A stretch of DNA of 32,000 nt, from assembly GCF_002945325.1 (NCBI RefSeq), contig NZ_CP026606.1:570001-602000 (forward strand), written 5' to 3'. The position numbers were made by a program, and so were the translations under genes. The notes beneath the pieces are model-generated. The model did no database searches. It was not told where the DNA came from and saw only the letters and a program-made list of their open reading frames with translations. The stretch is from Methanococcus maripaludis (lineage in GTDB: Archaea > AGJL01 > Methanococci > Methanococcales > Methanococcaceae). This document shows positions 7,042-17,344 of the stretch, one piece after another. Within the stretch, counting starts at the first letter, position 1; every line of letters begins with the position of its first letter.

Positions 7042-8553
7042 TTATTCTTCATCCTTTTTTACAAACTCGTCCCATTCTTCGATTTCTCTTCCTTTATCAA
7101 TCCATGGAATCATTGGCATAATTAATGAAACCACAAGACCAAATACTGGAATTCCAAGGCTCAACAATAAAAATATTGGTGCATAGCCTTCGTAGCCTAA
7201 AGTTAATTCTGTCCAAGCTCCATTCAATATCATGTATATCAAGAACAATGGAGAGAATATTCCTGCAAAGAATTTCCAGAAAGATCCTAAATTGTATTCT
7301 GAAAGGTTGTCGATGTATTTTTCGAGTTTGCTTCCTTTAAATATCCATATTGAAACGATTATTTCAAGTACTGCAACAAGCGGAATTGTAAACCAGTTGA
7401 TGTAGTGGTCTACTGAATCCAACCAGTAAAGACCTGCGTTTGTTGCATAAATTAAACTTGCAAAGAAGCTAGTTGCAATAACTGCTGAAGCTGCTTTGTG
7501 TCTTGGAAGATTAAACTTATCAATTACCGCTGATGCAGTTGATTCAACAAGTGAAACTGATGAGGAAATTCCTGCAACAAATAGTGCGATAAAGAATATT
7601 GCAGCAAGTATAATTCCTCCAGGCATTAATGAAAGTGCTTGTGGGAATGCAACGAATGCTAAACCGATACTTTGTGTTACAACTTCTGAAATAGGTACTC
7701 CTTGTGTCATTGCCATGTATCCGAGTGTTCCAAATACCGCAAATCCTGCCAAGAATGAAAATCCACAGTTCATTAATGAAATTGTAAATGCACTTGCAGT
7801 TAAGTCTGATTTTTTAGGTAAGTAGCTTGAATATGCTACCATGATACCAAATCCAAGACTCAATGTAAAGAATATCTGGGAAAATGCATCAATCCAAACT
7901 TTAGGTGTTAATAACACCGCAAAATTAGGCGTTAAATAGTATTCAATACCCATAAGACCGCCAGGTAAGGTAATGCTCCTTACAACGAGTGCGAGAATTA
8001 GGAAAAATAATACGGGCATTAAAATTTCATTTGCTTTTTCAAGACCTTTTCTAACTCCTGAATTTACAACAATGTAATTTACACCCCATATCAAAGCCAA
8101 TCCTACCAATATTGGCAAGTTAAATCCTCCAAGGTCCCCGTGACCTGAAGAAAGTGCTAAAATATCACTAAAGAAAAATCCGCCAAAATCAGTTGGGAAT
8201 CCGACCATAAATAATTTAACAAGGTATACTAATGCCCATGCAATAATTGCAGTATAGTACGTCGTAATTATAAATGCAGTAGCTATTGCAAGCCAGCCTA
8301 TCCATTCAAAGTTCTTTCCAAGCCTTCTCAATGCCAGAGGTGCTGAACCTTTTGTTGAATGCCCCAAAGCAAGCTCTAAAACCATTACCATTATACCAAC
8401 AAACAATAAAGCAACAAAATAAGGAATTAAAAACGCTCCACCACCATTTTCATATGCCATATATGGAAAACGCCATATATTTCCAAGACCAACTGCAGAA
8501 CCGACTGCCGCTAAAATGAAACCCATCTTAGAGGCCCACTGTTCTCTTGCCAT
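7042..8553 (-). CDS. Sodium-dependent transporter, neurotransmitter:sodium symporter (NSS/SNF) family
   Basis: 503 aa beginning MAREQWASKMGFILAAVGSAVGLGNIWRFPYMAYENGGGAFLIPYF, the canonical NSS TM1 signature. SD GGTGAT. Confidence 0.95.
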   Translation of the reverse strand: MAREQWASKMGFILAAVGSAVGLGNIWRFPYMAYENGGGAFLIPYFVALLFVGIMVMVLELALGHSTKGSAPLALRRLGKNFEWIGWLAIATAFIITTYYTAIIAWALVYLVKLFMVGFPTDFGGFFFSDILALSSGHGDLGGFNLPILVGLALIWGVNYIVVNSGVRKGLEKANEILMPVLFFLILALVVRSITLPGGLMGIEYYLTPNFAVLLTPKVWIDAFSQIFFTLSLGFGIMVAYSSYLPKKSDLTASAFTISLMNCGFSFLAGFAVFGTLGYMAMTQGVPISEVVTQSIGLAFVAFPQALSLMPGGIILAAIFFIALFVAGISSSVSLVESTASAVIDKFNLPRHKAASAVIATSFFASLIYATNAGLYWLDSVDHYINWFTIPLVAVLEIIVSIWIFKGSKLEKYIDNLSEYNLGSFWKFFAGIFSPLFLIYMILNGAWTELTLGYEGYAPIFLLLSLGIPVFGLVVSLIMPMIPWIDKGREIEEWDEFVKKDEE

Positions 8554-8603
8554 ACGATCACCACCATTTTTTGTAATACAAACGTTAATTTTTAAAATTT
8601 AAA

Positions 8604-8613
8604 TTATATATAA
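8604..8613 (-). promoter_or_regulatory. Probable TATA box TTATATATAA for the NSS transporter gene
   Basis: TTATATATAA about 50 nt upstream of the start at 8553. Confidence 0.5.
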
Positions 8614-8694
8614 ATTGTCATTTAGATTTGAACAAATCGCCATTAAAAAATAGCTTTTGGAAAAATAGGTAATAAAAACTAAAAAAAGAAAAAA

Positions 8695-9603
8695 TTATAG
8701 AAGGTTGTTTTCGTTAAGTCGTTCAATAACCATGTCCCATGATGGAAGGTTGGTTTGACATCCCACCTGCTCTACAACAAAAGAAGCTACACATGAACCT
8801 GCAAGTCCACAATTCTTTAAATCGTGCCCTTTTAAATACGCAGTTAAAAATCCAGCTCTGTAGCTGTCTCCCGCACCAGTTGGATCTTTTGCTTGAGTTA
8901 ATACCGCAGGAACTTTAATTGCATCATCTTCTGAATATATGATGCTTCCCTGTTTTCCATAAGTTACAATTAAAACTTTAACTCGACTAATCAGCTCTTT
9001 TTCAGAAATATTCAATAAATCAAGGGTTCTCTGGAATTCGTGGTTGTTCATGAATAAAAAATCAACGTTTTCGATGATGTTTTCCATGTTTTCTTTAGAA
9101 TATAATGTTAAATCCTGTCCTGGATCAAATGATACGAGAATTCCTTTCGAACTTGCTTTTTGTGCACATTTTAAATTGTAATTTGGGTCTCCAGTTGCAA
9201 GGTGTACAATTTCTGAATCAAATTCTGGAACTTCGATTTCAGGGTAGTGTTTTGCAGCACCCCATAAAAAGTACGTTATCTGGTTGTTTTGAGGATCAGT
9301 AAAGATCCATGCCTTTGGAGTTTCTTCTTCCTCTGAAACAAACACGCTTTTGGTTGAAACGCCCAATTTTTCTAAATATTCTCCATATCCTGAAGCTTTA
9401 AAGTCAGTTCCAACACATGAAAGTATTTCTGATTTTACGCCTAAATTTGCAATTTCTGCTGCAACATTACATGCAGCACCGCCATAGTATTTTTTAGCAG
9501 TTGGAATCTGCATTGAAGTGTTTAATTCTGGAAATTTATCCACATTGAATATATAATCAAGTGCAATATGACCTACCGCCGTTATTTTACCAATTTTGTC
9601 CAT
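8695..9603 (-). CDS. PfkB-family carbohydrate/nucleoside kinase
   Basis: MDKIGKITAVGHIALDYIFNVD...YYGGAACNVAAEIANLG...DPTGAGDSYRAGFLTAYLKG, the PfkB signature. ATG at 9603 with GGTGG SD. Confidence 0.9.
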   Translation of the reverse strand: MDKIGKITAVGHIALDYIFNVDKFPELNTSMQIPTAKKYYGGAACNVAAEIANLGVKSEILSCVGTDFKASGYGEYLEKLGVSTKSVFVSEEEETPKAWIFTDPQNNQITYFLWGAAKHYPEIEVPEFDSEIVHLATGDPNYNLKCAQKASSKGILVSFDPGQDLTLYSKENMENIIENVDFLFMNNHEFQRTLDLLNISEKELISRVKVLIVTYGKQGSIIYSEDDAIKVPAVLTQAKDPTGAGDSYRAGFLTAYLKGHDLKNCGLAGSCVASFVVEQVGCQTNLPSWDMVIERLNENNLL

Positions 9604-9632
9604 CAAACCACCAAAACGTATATTAAATTACT

Positions 9633-10349
9633 TTATTTTACTGCTTCAATTGCTTCTTTTAAATTTATCAGGTTTTTATAAATTGCAGAACCCACTACTA
9701 CCCCATATACCCCGATTTCTTTTAATTTTAAAAGGTCATCGATTGTTGTAACGCCGCCTGATGCTACAATAGGTATTTTCAAGTTTTCGACAAGTTCTTT
9801 TGTTGGTTCGATATTTATTCCATTTAAAAGACCTTCACTATCCACGTTTGTAAATAAAATACTTCCAGCGCCCATTTCTTCGAGTATTTTTCCAATTTTA
9901 ACAGGAGTGTATTTTGTTTTTTCTTTCCAGCCTTTTATTACAACTTTGCCGTCTTTTGCATCAAGTGAAACCATTATTTTTTCACTGCCGATACGTTTAG
10001 AAAGTTCTTTTATTATTTCAGGAGTTTCTACAGCAATAGTTCCAATAATTACTTTTTTAGCCCCTTTTTCAACGAGGTATTCCGCATCTTCGATCGATCG
10101 AATTCCGCCACCAATTTGAACGGGAACTCCTGATGTTTTAATTATTTCTTCGATAAATTCATCGTTTACCCGTTTTCCATCAAGTGCTCCATCAAGGTCC
10201 ACGAGGTGAAGCATTTCTGCACCTTCATTTACCCATTTTTTTGCAATTTCAGGAGGATTATCTAATTCAACGTGTTTCTTATCAGGATTTCCCTGGATAA
10301 GCTGTACACATTTTTTATTTTTCATATCAACTGCAGGAATAACTAGCAC
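9633..10349 (-). CDS. hisA: 1-(5-phosphoribosyl)-5-[(5-phosphoribosylamino)methylideneamino]imidazole-4-carboxamide isomerase (HisA)
   Basis: [19 protein letters not shown]...[34 protein letters not shown]...[14 protein letters not shown]...[21 protein letters not shown]. Start is either GTG 10349 with AAGGTGA upstream or GTG 10358. Confidence 0.95.
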   Translation of the reverse strand: MLVIPAVDMKNKKCVQLIQGNPDKKHVELDNPPEIAKKWVNEGAEMLHLVDLDGALDGKRVNDEFIEEIIKTSGVPVQIGGGIRSIEDAEYLVEKGAKKVIIGTIAVETPEIIKELSKRIGSEKIMVSLDAKDGKVVIKGWKEKTKYTPVKIGKILEEMGAGSILFTNVDSEGLLNGINIEPTKELVENLKIPIVASGGVTTIDDLLKLKEIGVYGVVVGSAIYKNLINLKEAIEAVK

Positions 10350-10556
10350 AATATTCACCTTACTGTAAATACGTCTTAAAAAATAGAAAATTTACGTATG
10401 CTAAAAATCTATTTTACATTAAATTTCAAGCTATATATGAATATCTAAAAAATAAAAAAAGATTCAAAACCAAAACATTCTAAAAATGTAAAATTATGAT
10501 TTAATAAATAACGTTAAAAAAGTTAAAAAAGCTAAAAATTTAGGTAAATACGGGAA

Positions 10557-11153
10557 TTATTTGGTTTTATCATCAAATTTGATATTTAAATAGCATTTAT
10601 CAACGTATTTTTGGAAAAATCCAATTATTAAGAATACTAGAACAAATGAAATTATTTTATCGAATAAATTTATGATAAATCCGCTAACAAATACTGCATT
10701 GTAAACGCTCATCCCACTACCTGCAAGATATATTGTTACATCATCGATTGGTGAGCCAGTAATTCCGCCAAACAAATAGTATGCAATTATATTTCCAACA
10801 ATCGTTCCAATTAACGCGAGAATTATTGTTGTTATAACCACATATTTCACATTGAACGGGTATTTTTTAAAAATAATTCCTGTAACAAACCCAATCAAAA
10901 TATTGACTATTGCAAAATAGTACAGTCCAGAATAAATAAAAAATCCTTCGATTAAATTTGTTAAAAGGCCGACTAAACTGCCGAATAAGGGTCCCAATAA
11001 CACAGCTGCCAAAATAGTTCCAGTACTATCTAAAAATGCAGGCAGTTGAAGGTATGTAACAGCCTGGGATCCTAGAATATTCAGACCCAGACTTATTGCA
11101 ACCACGTAAGCACAGTCGTTAATCCGGCATCTTGAATGATTTAGTCTTTTCAT
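10557..11153 (-). CDS. ECF-transporter S-component-like membrane protein
   Basis: AYVVAISLGLNILGSQAVTYLQLPAFLDSTGTILAAVLLGPLFGSLVGLLTNLIEGFF, multi-TM, resembling ECF substrate-binding components. Confidence 0.7.
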   Translation of the reverse strand: MKRLNHSRCRINDCAYVVAISLGLNILGSQAVTYLQLPAFLDSTGTILAAVLLGPLFGSLVGLLTNLIEGFFIYSGLYYFAIVNILIGFVTGIIFKKYPFNVKYVVITTIILALIGTIVGNIIAYYLFGGITGSPIDDVTIYLAGSGMSVYNAVFVSGFIINLFDKIISFVLVFLIIGFFQKYVDKCYLNIKFDDKTK

Positions 11154-11195
11154 AATACTCTACCTCCAAAGTATCATGATAATATTTTTGGACAT

Positions 11196-11213
11196 TTAAT
11201 TATATATAATTAA
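11196..11213 (-). promoter_or_regulatory. Promoter palindrome TTAATTATATATAATTAA containing the probable TATA box of the ECF S-like gene
   Basis: Perfect 18-bp AT-only palindrome about 45-60 nt upstream of the start at 11153. Confidence 0.45.
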
Positions 11214-11240
11214 GTTTAGTCCCCGACATAATATAAAAAA

Positions 11241-12884
11241 TTAAAGGTATCTTACCCGTTTTTCAACCTCTTTTATGCATTCCAAAACCGATTCAGCCAG
11301 TTCATACGTTTTGTATCCTTCAATTATCTTATTCCAGACTGGATCAAATTTATCGTAGTGGATACTCATTATCGATTTTTTTAAGACTATCAAATCAATT
11401 GCCTTGTCTTCAATTAAATCGCTGTATTTTCCAAGCCCGAAATCTATTATATAGGGATTTTTTGAAATTATAAAGTTTGAAGTTGTTAAATCATTGTGCA
11501 CAATTCCACTGCCATGCATTTTTCCAATAGTTTCCCCCAAACTTTTACAAAATTCGATATTTCCATCTTCAATTTCGTCTTTTGCAATTTTTCCGTGAAT
11601 GTAGCTCATTGTAATTTTTTTGTTCTCTTTATCGATGTCATAAATGCTTGGTGCATAAATTCCAAATTCTTTAACTGCTGCCAAGAATCGGGCTTCTTTT
11701 ACTGTTCTTCTTGTCCTTATCAAGTCATCCAGTTTTAAAATACGGTATCCTTTTTTAACTCGCTCTTTTGTAATAGATTCAAATTCTAAATACCTTCCTT
11801 TTGAAATATCGGCTTCAGCGCCTTTTCCGATTAAATGTTTTGGAATTTTTCGAGATTTAATATTTCCATTTTCTAAAGTTTTATTTTCGTCATGTATCCA
11901 GTTAACTTCGACCATGTCACTTCGATAGTTTGAAATCGGTTTTGTATCGTTCAAATCCATTCTTTTTCCATTTAAATACTGCAAAATTCCAAGCCATGCA
12001 ATCATTGCACCGTTATCGCCACAAAACTGTTTTTCTGGAACGTAAAAATCAACATTCTGCTCTTCACACATAATATTAAGCATTTCTTTTAACCGATTAT
12101 TTGCAGCAACTCCCCCAACAAGCATTACTTCGGCTTTATTAGTATGTGCAAGCGCTCTTTCGGTGATTTCTGTGAGCATTGAAAATGAAGTTTCCTGCAA
12201 TGAGTAGCATACATCTTCAATTCTTTCTTTTGAATCGTATTTTTTCATTGCAGACGTTAATAACCCTGAAAGAGAAAGATCCATTCCTTTAACGGTGTAC
12301 GGAAGCTTTATAAACTTATTTCCATCTTTTGCATATTTCTCAACGTAAACTCCACCAGGATGTGGTAAATTACAGTGCCTTGCAAACTGGTCGAGACAGT
12401 TTCCTATCGCAATATCGAGAGTTTCACCAATTACACGGTATTTTTTTCCAGTGTATGCTAAAACTTGAGTGTTTCCGCCACTTACATATAATGTAAGCGG
12501 GTCCACTGCCTCAGTTGTTAATTTTCCAATTTCCACGTGACCGATACAGTGATTTACCCCAATTATGGGTTTATTTATTGAAAGAGAAAGTGCTCTTGCA
12601 GTTGTTGCAGTAACCCTCAAACTTGGACCAAGTCCCGGACCTAGTGAAAATGAAACGAGGTCAATTTTTTCGAGAGGAACTTCGTTTAATGCTTCTTTTA
12701 AAAGTTTCACAAAAGTTTCCGCGTGGTGATCTGCGGCTTCTCTTGGGTGAATTCCCTGTACAGGCGGAGTATAAATTATTGTTTTGTTAAACAGAACTTC
12801 GCCCTTTGAAGTAATTATTCCAACACCGGATTTTTCAGCAGTTCCCTCAAATCCAATACATATTAAGTCTTTAGAATTATCCAT
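11241..12884 (-). CDS. kae1-bud32: Bifunctional tRNA threonylcarbamoyladenosine biosynthesis protein, Kae1-Bud32 fusion
   Basis: Kae1 part: [16 protein letters not shown]...[20 protein letters not shown]...[12 protein letters not shown]...[13 protein letters not shown]. Bud32 kinase part: [13 protein letters not shown]...[13 protein letters not shown]...[13 protein letters not shown] at 12884 with GGTGG SD. Confidence 0.96.
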   Translation of the reverse strand: MDNSKDLICIGFEGTAEKSGVGIITSKGEVLFNKTIIYTPPVQGIHPREAADHHAETFVKLLKEALNEVPLEKIDLVSFSLGPGLGPSLRVTATTARALSLSINKPIIGVNHCIGHVEIGKLTTEAVDPLTLYVSGGNTQVLAYTGKKYRVIGETLDIAIGNCLDQFARHCNLPHPGGVYVEKYAKDGNKFIKLPYTVKGMDLSLSGLLTSAMKKYDSKERIEDVCYSLQETSFSMLTEITERALAHTNKAEVMLVGGVAANNRLKEMLNIMCEEQNVDFYVPEKQFCGDNGAMIAWLGILQYLNGKRMDLNDTKPISNYRSDMVEVNWIHDENKTLENGNIKSRKIPKHLIGKGAEADISKGRYLEFESITKERVKKGYRILKLDDLIRTRRTVKEARFLAAVKEFGIYAPSIYDIDKENKKITMSYIHGKIAKDEIEDGNIEFCKSLGETIGKMHGSGIVHNDLTTSNFIISKNPYIIDFGLGKYSDLIEDKAIDLIVLKKSIMSIHYDKFDPVWNKIIEGYKTYELAESVLECIKEVEKRVRYL

Positions 12885-13056
12885 GATAGCCACCAGTTAA
12901 TAAAACGTAAAATAATTAGTTTTTAAAAAAAAGATCAATACAAATAAACACCGTAAAACACAGTAATTAATTTTTTATATTGTGTATCCCAATTAAACAT
13001 ATAAATTTTATGTAAATTACCAGTACAACTAGATCCTTACTAAATAGAGGGAAAAA

Positions 13057-14925
13057 ATGAAAACACTTTTAATACATTCCGATTATTTGGAATTTGAAGC
13101 CAAGGAAAAAACCAAGGTTGCAGAAAAAACTGATGTTTTAAATGGGAAAATGGATGAATGTTTAACCGTTTTTATCGCTGTTGAAAAAGATGATGAATCT
13201 GATCCAAATGCTGTCGTTAAAAACGCTGTTGAAGAAATAATTAAAACTGCAGATAATTTAAAAGTGAAAAACGTTGTAGTTTACCCTTATGCACATTTAT
13301 CAAGTGATTTAGGGTCTCCAGCTACTGCAAAAGAAATTTTAGCAGAAATTGAAAGCGAACTTTCAAATAACTACGAAGTATTGAGAGCACCATTTGGATG
13401 GTACAAATCATTTAAAATAAGCTGTAAAGGACACCCGTTAAGCGAACTCTCAAGAAAAATAACAACTGACAGAAAAGAAGAAGTTAAAAAAGAAAAAGTT
13501 GTTTCAAAATTTTACATCATAGATGGAGAAAGTCAAAATCTTACCGAAGTTAACGATGAAATTATCTCCAAAATGGACGACAAAAGACTTTTAGCTCTTT
13601 TAAAACACGAACTCGAAATTAAAGAAGAAGCAACTGAAAGAGGAGAACCGCCTCACGTAAAATACATTAAAGAAAAGGAAATATGCGATTATGAACCAAG
13701 TTCAGATGCAGGACATTTCCGATGGTATCCAAAAGGAAAATTAATAAGGGATTTACTCTCAGACTACGTTTATAACCTCGTTGTAGAACGTGGAGGAATG
13801 CCTGTTGAAACACCTGTAATGTACGACCTTCAAAATAACGCGATAAGAGAACACGCAGATAAATTTGGAGAAAGACAGTACAGATTTACACAAGGCGGAA
13901 AAGATTTAATGCTTCGATTCGCAGCTTGCTTTGGCCAATTCATGATGAAAAAAGACATGTATCTTTTACCAAAACACCTGCCTTTAAGATTATACGAACT
14001 CTCAACCTACAGCTTCAGGTACGAACAAAGAGGAGAATTAGTTGGTTTAAAAAGATTAAGAGCATTTACAATGCCAGATATGCATACAGTATGTATGGAT
14101 ATGAAACAGGCAATGGAAGCATTTGAAGACCAGCTTTGGATGGGTTTAAAAACTGGAGATGACTTTAAAACCCCTTATGCAATAATATTTAGATTCACAC
14201 AAGACTTCTTTGACGAAAATAAAGAATGGTTCTTTGCAATGGCAAAAGAATACAAACAAAAATACGGAAAAGATGCAATTTTAGAAATCTTATCCGGAAG
14301 AAAACACTACTGGGTTGGAAAAGTAGATATGGCAGTTGTTGACAGCTTTGGAAGACCTATTGAAAACCCAACCGTTCAAATCGACGTTGAAAGTGCTGAA
14401 AGATTTGGAATCGTTGTTCACGACGGCGACAAAAAAGTTCACCCAATTATCCTCCACTGCTCCCCAACAGGAAGTGTTGAAAGAGTTTTATGTGGTCTTT
14501 TAGAAAATGCTTACTTAAGTACCTTAGAAAATAAACCACCTGCACTTCCAACATGGTTAACCCCTATTCAAGCAAGAGTTATTCCGGTAGGGGATAAACA
14601 TGAAGAATACGCTCTTGAAGTTGTGAATAAATTAAGAGCATCAGGAATTAGAGCTGACTTCGACGATAGAGAAGAAAGCATGGGTAAAAAAATTAGAAAC
14701 GCTGGAACTGACTGGGTAAACTACGTTGTTGTAGTTGGTGACAGTGAAATGGAAAGCGGTAAACTAACCGTAACAGTTAGGGAAGAATCAGAACTGAAAA
14801 AACCTAAAAAAGAATCATTGTCTGTTGAAAAATTGATTGAAAAAATAAGTTCTGAAACAATTGGCGCACCAAAAAGACCGCTTCCACTTCCTATGAAGTG
14901 CTCAATGCAGCCCATCTTTAGATAA
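13057..14925 (+). CDS. thrS: Threonine--tRNA ligase, archaeal type
   Basis: Archaeal N-terminal editing-type domain (MKTLLIHSDYLEFEAKEKTK...) plus class II core GHFRWYPKGKLIRDLLSDYVYNLVVERGGMPVETPVMY, RYEQRGELVGLKRLRAFTMPDMHTVC, and anticodon-binding domain QARVIPVGDKHEEYALEV. Confidence 0.96.
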   Translation: MKTLLIHSDYLEFEAKEKTKVAEKTDVLNGKMDECLTVFIAVEKDDESDPNAVVKNAVEEIIKTADNLKVKNVVVYPYAHLSSDLGSPATAKEILAEIESELSNNYEVLRAPFGWYKSFKISCKGHPLSELSRKITTDRKEEVKKEKVVSKFYIIDGESQNLTEVNDEIISKMDDKRLLALLKHELEIKEEATERGEPPHVKYIKEKEICDYEPSSDAGHFRWYPKGKLIRDLLSDYVYNLVVERGGMPVETPVMYDLQNNAIREHADKFGERQYRFTQGGKDLMLRFAACFGQFMMKKDMYLLPKHLPLRLYELSTYSFRYEQRGELVGLKRLRAFTMPDMHTVCMDMKQAMEAFEDQLWMGLKTGDDFKTPYAIIFRFTQDFFDENKEWFFAMAKEYKQKYGKDAILEILSGRKHYWVGKVDMAVVDSFGRPIENPTVQIDVESAERFGIVVHDGDKKVHPIILHCSPTGSVERVLCGLLENAYLSTLENKPPALPTWLTPIQARVIPVGDKHEEYALEVVNKLRASGIRADFDDREESMGKKIRNAGTDWVNYVVVVGDSEMESGKLTVTVREESELKKPKKESLSVEKLIEKISSETIGAPKRPLPLPMKCSMQPIFR

Positions 14926-14998
14926 TTTAAATTTTTAAACTTTTTTAAAATCTTTTTTGAAATAATTAAAAATAATAAAAAGAGTAATTACTTAGTAT

Positions 14999-17194
14999 TT
15001 ATTTAGTCTTAAATTCATCTGCATCTTCTGCTAATTTTCTTGAAATATCCATCATTCTCTCTGCTGAAGCATCTATTTCTTCAACAGCCCTATTTTGTTC
15101 TTCTGAGGATGCGGTTAGCTCTTCTGCTGTTGCTGCAAACTCTTCGGAAATTGATGCGATATCTTGCACGTTTCTAAGTGCTTCTTGAGTATTGTTCGAT
15201 GCATTTTTAGCATTGTCTTTAATTTGTGCAATCATTTTTGCGGATGTTTCAACGCTTTCTTTTATTTTCATAAATGCGCTGTTAACTTCATCAATTGCAA
15301 CAACTCCCCTATCAACTTCATCTCTTCCTGCAAGGCCTAAATCAATTGTTGTTTCAACTTTTTTGTTAATTCCATTGATTGTTCTATTGATATCTTCAAC
15401 GGATTTCTTAATTTCTTCTGCTAAAGATTTAATTTCACTTGCAACGACAGCAAAGCCTTTTCCAGCATCTCCTGCACGAGCAGCTTCAATTGATGCATTT
15501 AGTGCTAAAAGTCCAGTCTGTTCTGCAACATCTTTAATTAAAACTGTAACTTCGTTGATTTTTTTGGATTCTTCCCCAAGTTCTTGAATAGATTTTCCAA
15601 GTTCGTCAATTACATTTGTAATTTTCTGCATGGTGTCTATTGCATTTTCAACCTTTTTAACACCAGTTTCTGAATTATCTTTTACTTCGATTGCTGAATC
15701 AACGCTCTGTTCTGCATCATTATATACCATATCTGCAGCTTTCGCAGTTTTTTCAAGGTCATCGGAAGTATCCTGTAATTTTGCGGATTGATCAGCTGCA
15801 GCAGTTGCAACCTGATTTGCAGCATCGGTAACCTGTTCTGAAGTTTCTTTAGCTCTTTTCAGCCCTTCACTAACATCTTCAAGTTCGCCACTTAATACTG
15901 TGATTTCTGACTTCAAATTTTCCATCATTTTTGAAACATTTTCAATTGCATGGTTAATTGTTTTTTGAAGTTTATTTCGTTCCCTGTTTTCGTCAGCCCT
16001 TATTGAAAAGTCTCCTTCTGCAAGGTGATTCATAACCTCAAATATTTCTTTTAAAGTATTTGCAAGGGATAACTTATCTGCATCCAGTATTGAGTGCAGT
16101 TCTTTAATGTCATTGGCCATTTTATTAAATGAATCTGCAAGATCCTCTAATTCATCGCCAGTTTTCACAGTTATTGTGTGATCATAGTTTCCGCTACCAA
16201 ATTTATGTACCCCATCTTCTAATTGATTGAGGGGTTTTGTAATACTTCTTGAAGAAATTAAAGAAATAACCACAGCAATTAACAGTCCAAATAATGCAAT
16301 AATTATCGTATTATTTCTTGCATTGTTGACCATTTGTGTAAATTGAGCTTCTGGAGTTCCTACAAAGAGCATACCTATTGTAGCACCATTTGAATCTTTT
16401 AGAGGTACATATTTTGTAAGGAAACTTTGTCCAACAACATTTGCACTACCCATAAATTCAGTGTTTTCTTTTACAACTGTGTTATATACTACATCTGATG
16501 CAGTGGTTCCCACAGCTCGGCTATTTCCTGAAACTACACTCGTGGATATTCTGTAATTTTCTAAAAATAGCGTAGATTCGTCACCAGTTGAAGCTTTTAT
16601 ACTATCAACCAAAGCATGATCATTATTTAGAACATCGATGAATGCAACATATCCAAGTGTTCCTGCATCATCATAGATAGGATACGCCACCACAATTGAT
16701 AGTGCCGAATCAGTGCCTGTAACGTCTGCATCACTAAATTTTAAAGCAGTTTGTTCAGGTATTTTTTCAAATCCTGATTTCTCAGAGGATTTTGAAACTT
16801 TTAAAATTGTTGAATCTAATGTTATACCTTCACCAGATGAAGAAGCAATTGTACTTCCCCCATTACCCGTAAATATTACCAAATCAGCGTTAGAAGCACT
16901 TTTGAGCGTTTCAGCCCTTAATTCAAGGTCATCTACATTTCCAGTTTTGATACTAGTTTTTACACCTTGAGTGTATGAGGCATATTCTGCCAAAGTACAA
17001 AGTTCGGTAAATCTACTGTCCATGATGGTATTTGCCATCTCATTGCTTGATTCCAATTTATCCGCAGATTGTTCCTTCATATCCTGTGTAATAGTATTAT
17101 TTGAAACAATACCGAGGATCGCAATTGGAATTATGACTGTTATTATTGAAAATATTAAAAGTTTTGTTCCAATTTTTTTAGTACCCAATTTCAT
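14999..17194 (-). CDS. Methyl-accepting chemotaxis protein (extracellular sensor, TM, HAMP, signalling domain)
   Basis: N-terminal TM and Cache-like ectodomain. HAMP region [47 protein letters not shown]. Signalling hairpin [43 protein letters not shown]. Confidence 0.95.
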   Translation of the reverse strand: MKLGTKKIGTKLLIFSIITVIIPIAILGIVSNNTITQDMKEQSADKLESSNEMANTIMDSRFTELCTLAEYASYTQGVKTSIKTGNVDDLELRAETLKSASNADLVIFTGNGGSTIASSSGEGITLDSTILKVSKSSEKSGFEKIPEQTALKFSDADVTGTDSALSIVVAYPIYDDAGTLGYVAFIDVLNNDHALVDSIKASTGDESTLFLENYRISTSVVSGNSRAVGTTASDVVYNTVVKENTEFMGSANVVGQSFLTKYVPLKDSNGATIGMLFVGTPEAQFTQMVNNARNNTIIIALFGLLIAVVISLISSRSITKPLNQLEDGVHKFGSGNYDHTITVKTGDELEDLADSFNKMANDIKELHSILDADKLSLANTLKEIFEVMNHLAEGDFSIRADENRERNKLQKTINHAIENVSKMMENLKSEITVLSGELEDVSEGLKRAKETSEQVTDAANQVATAAADQSAKLQDTSDDLEKTAKAADMVYNDAEQSVDSAIEVKDNSETGVKKVENAIDTMQKITNVIDELGKSIQELGEESKKINEVTVLIKDVAEQTGLLALNASIEAARAGDAGKGFAVVASEIKSLAEEIKKSVEDINRTINGINKKVETTIDLGLAGRDEVDRGVVAIDEVNSAFMKIKESVETSAKMIAQIKDNAKNASNNTQEALRNVQDIASISEEFAATAEELTASSEEQNRAVEEIDASAERMMDISRKLAEDADEFKTK

Positions 17195-17344
17195 TAGTGA
17201 CACCTTTATATCTCCCCAATTATTCTGTCAAATCCTAACTATATATTGTTTTTATGTGGGTCTTTGTGTAGGTACATCGGTTTAAGGTTAAAAAAGGAAT
17301 TAAAAATGTAAGTGTAATATTAAATAAAATCGAAAAAAAAGAGA

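Noticed and set aside
7496-7825. Plus-strand ORF antisense to the NSS transporter, plus similar ones at 7125-7340 and 8286-8519
   Set aside because: Shadow ORFs opposite conserved transmembrane coding sequence; no start signal or family support.
10359-10556. Possible structured leader or small RNA between hisA and the ECF S-like gene
   Set aside because: A weak inverted match (ACGTAAAT / ATTTACAG) in a very AT-rich stretch is not strong enough to call an element.
14926-14998. Possible CRISPR, transposon ends or structured RNA in the thrS/MCP intergenic region
   Set aside because: Only A/T homopolymer-like tracts between convergent genes, consistent with ordinary archaeal T-rich termination. 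No repeat-spacer structure or inverted ends.
15192-15587. Plus-strand ORF opposite the MCP signalling domain
   Set aside because: The conserved MCP hairpin on the minus strand explains the open frame.
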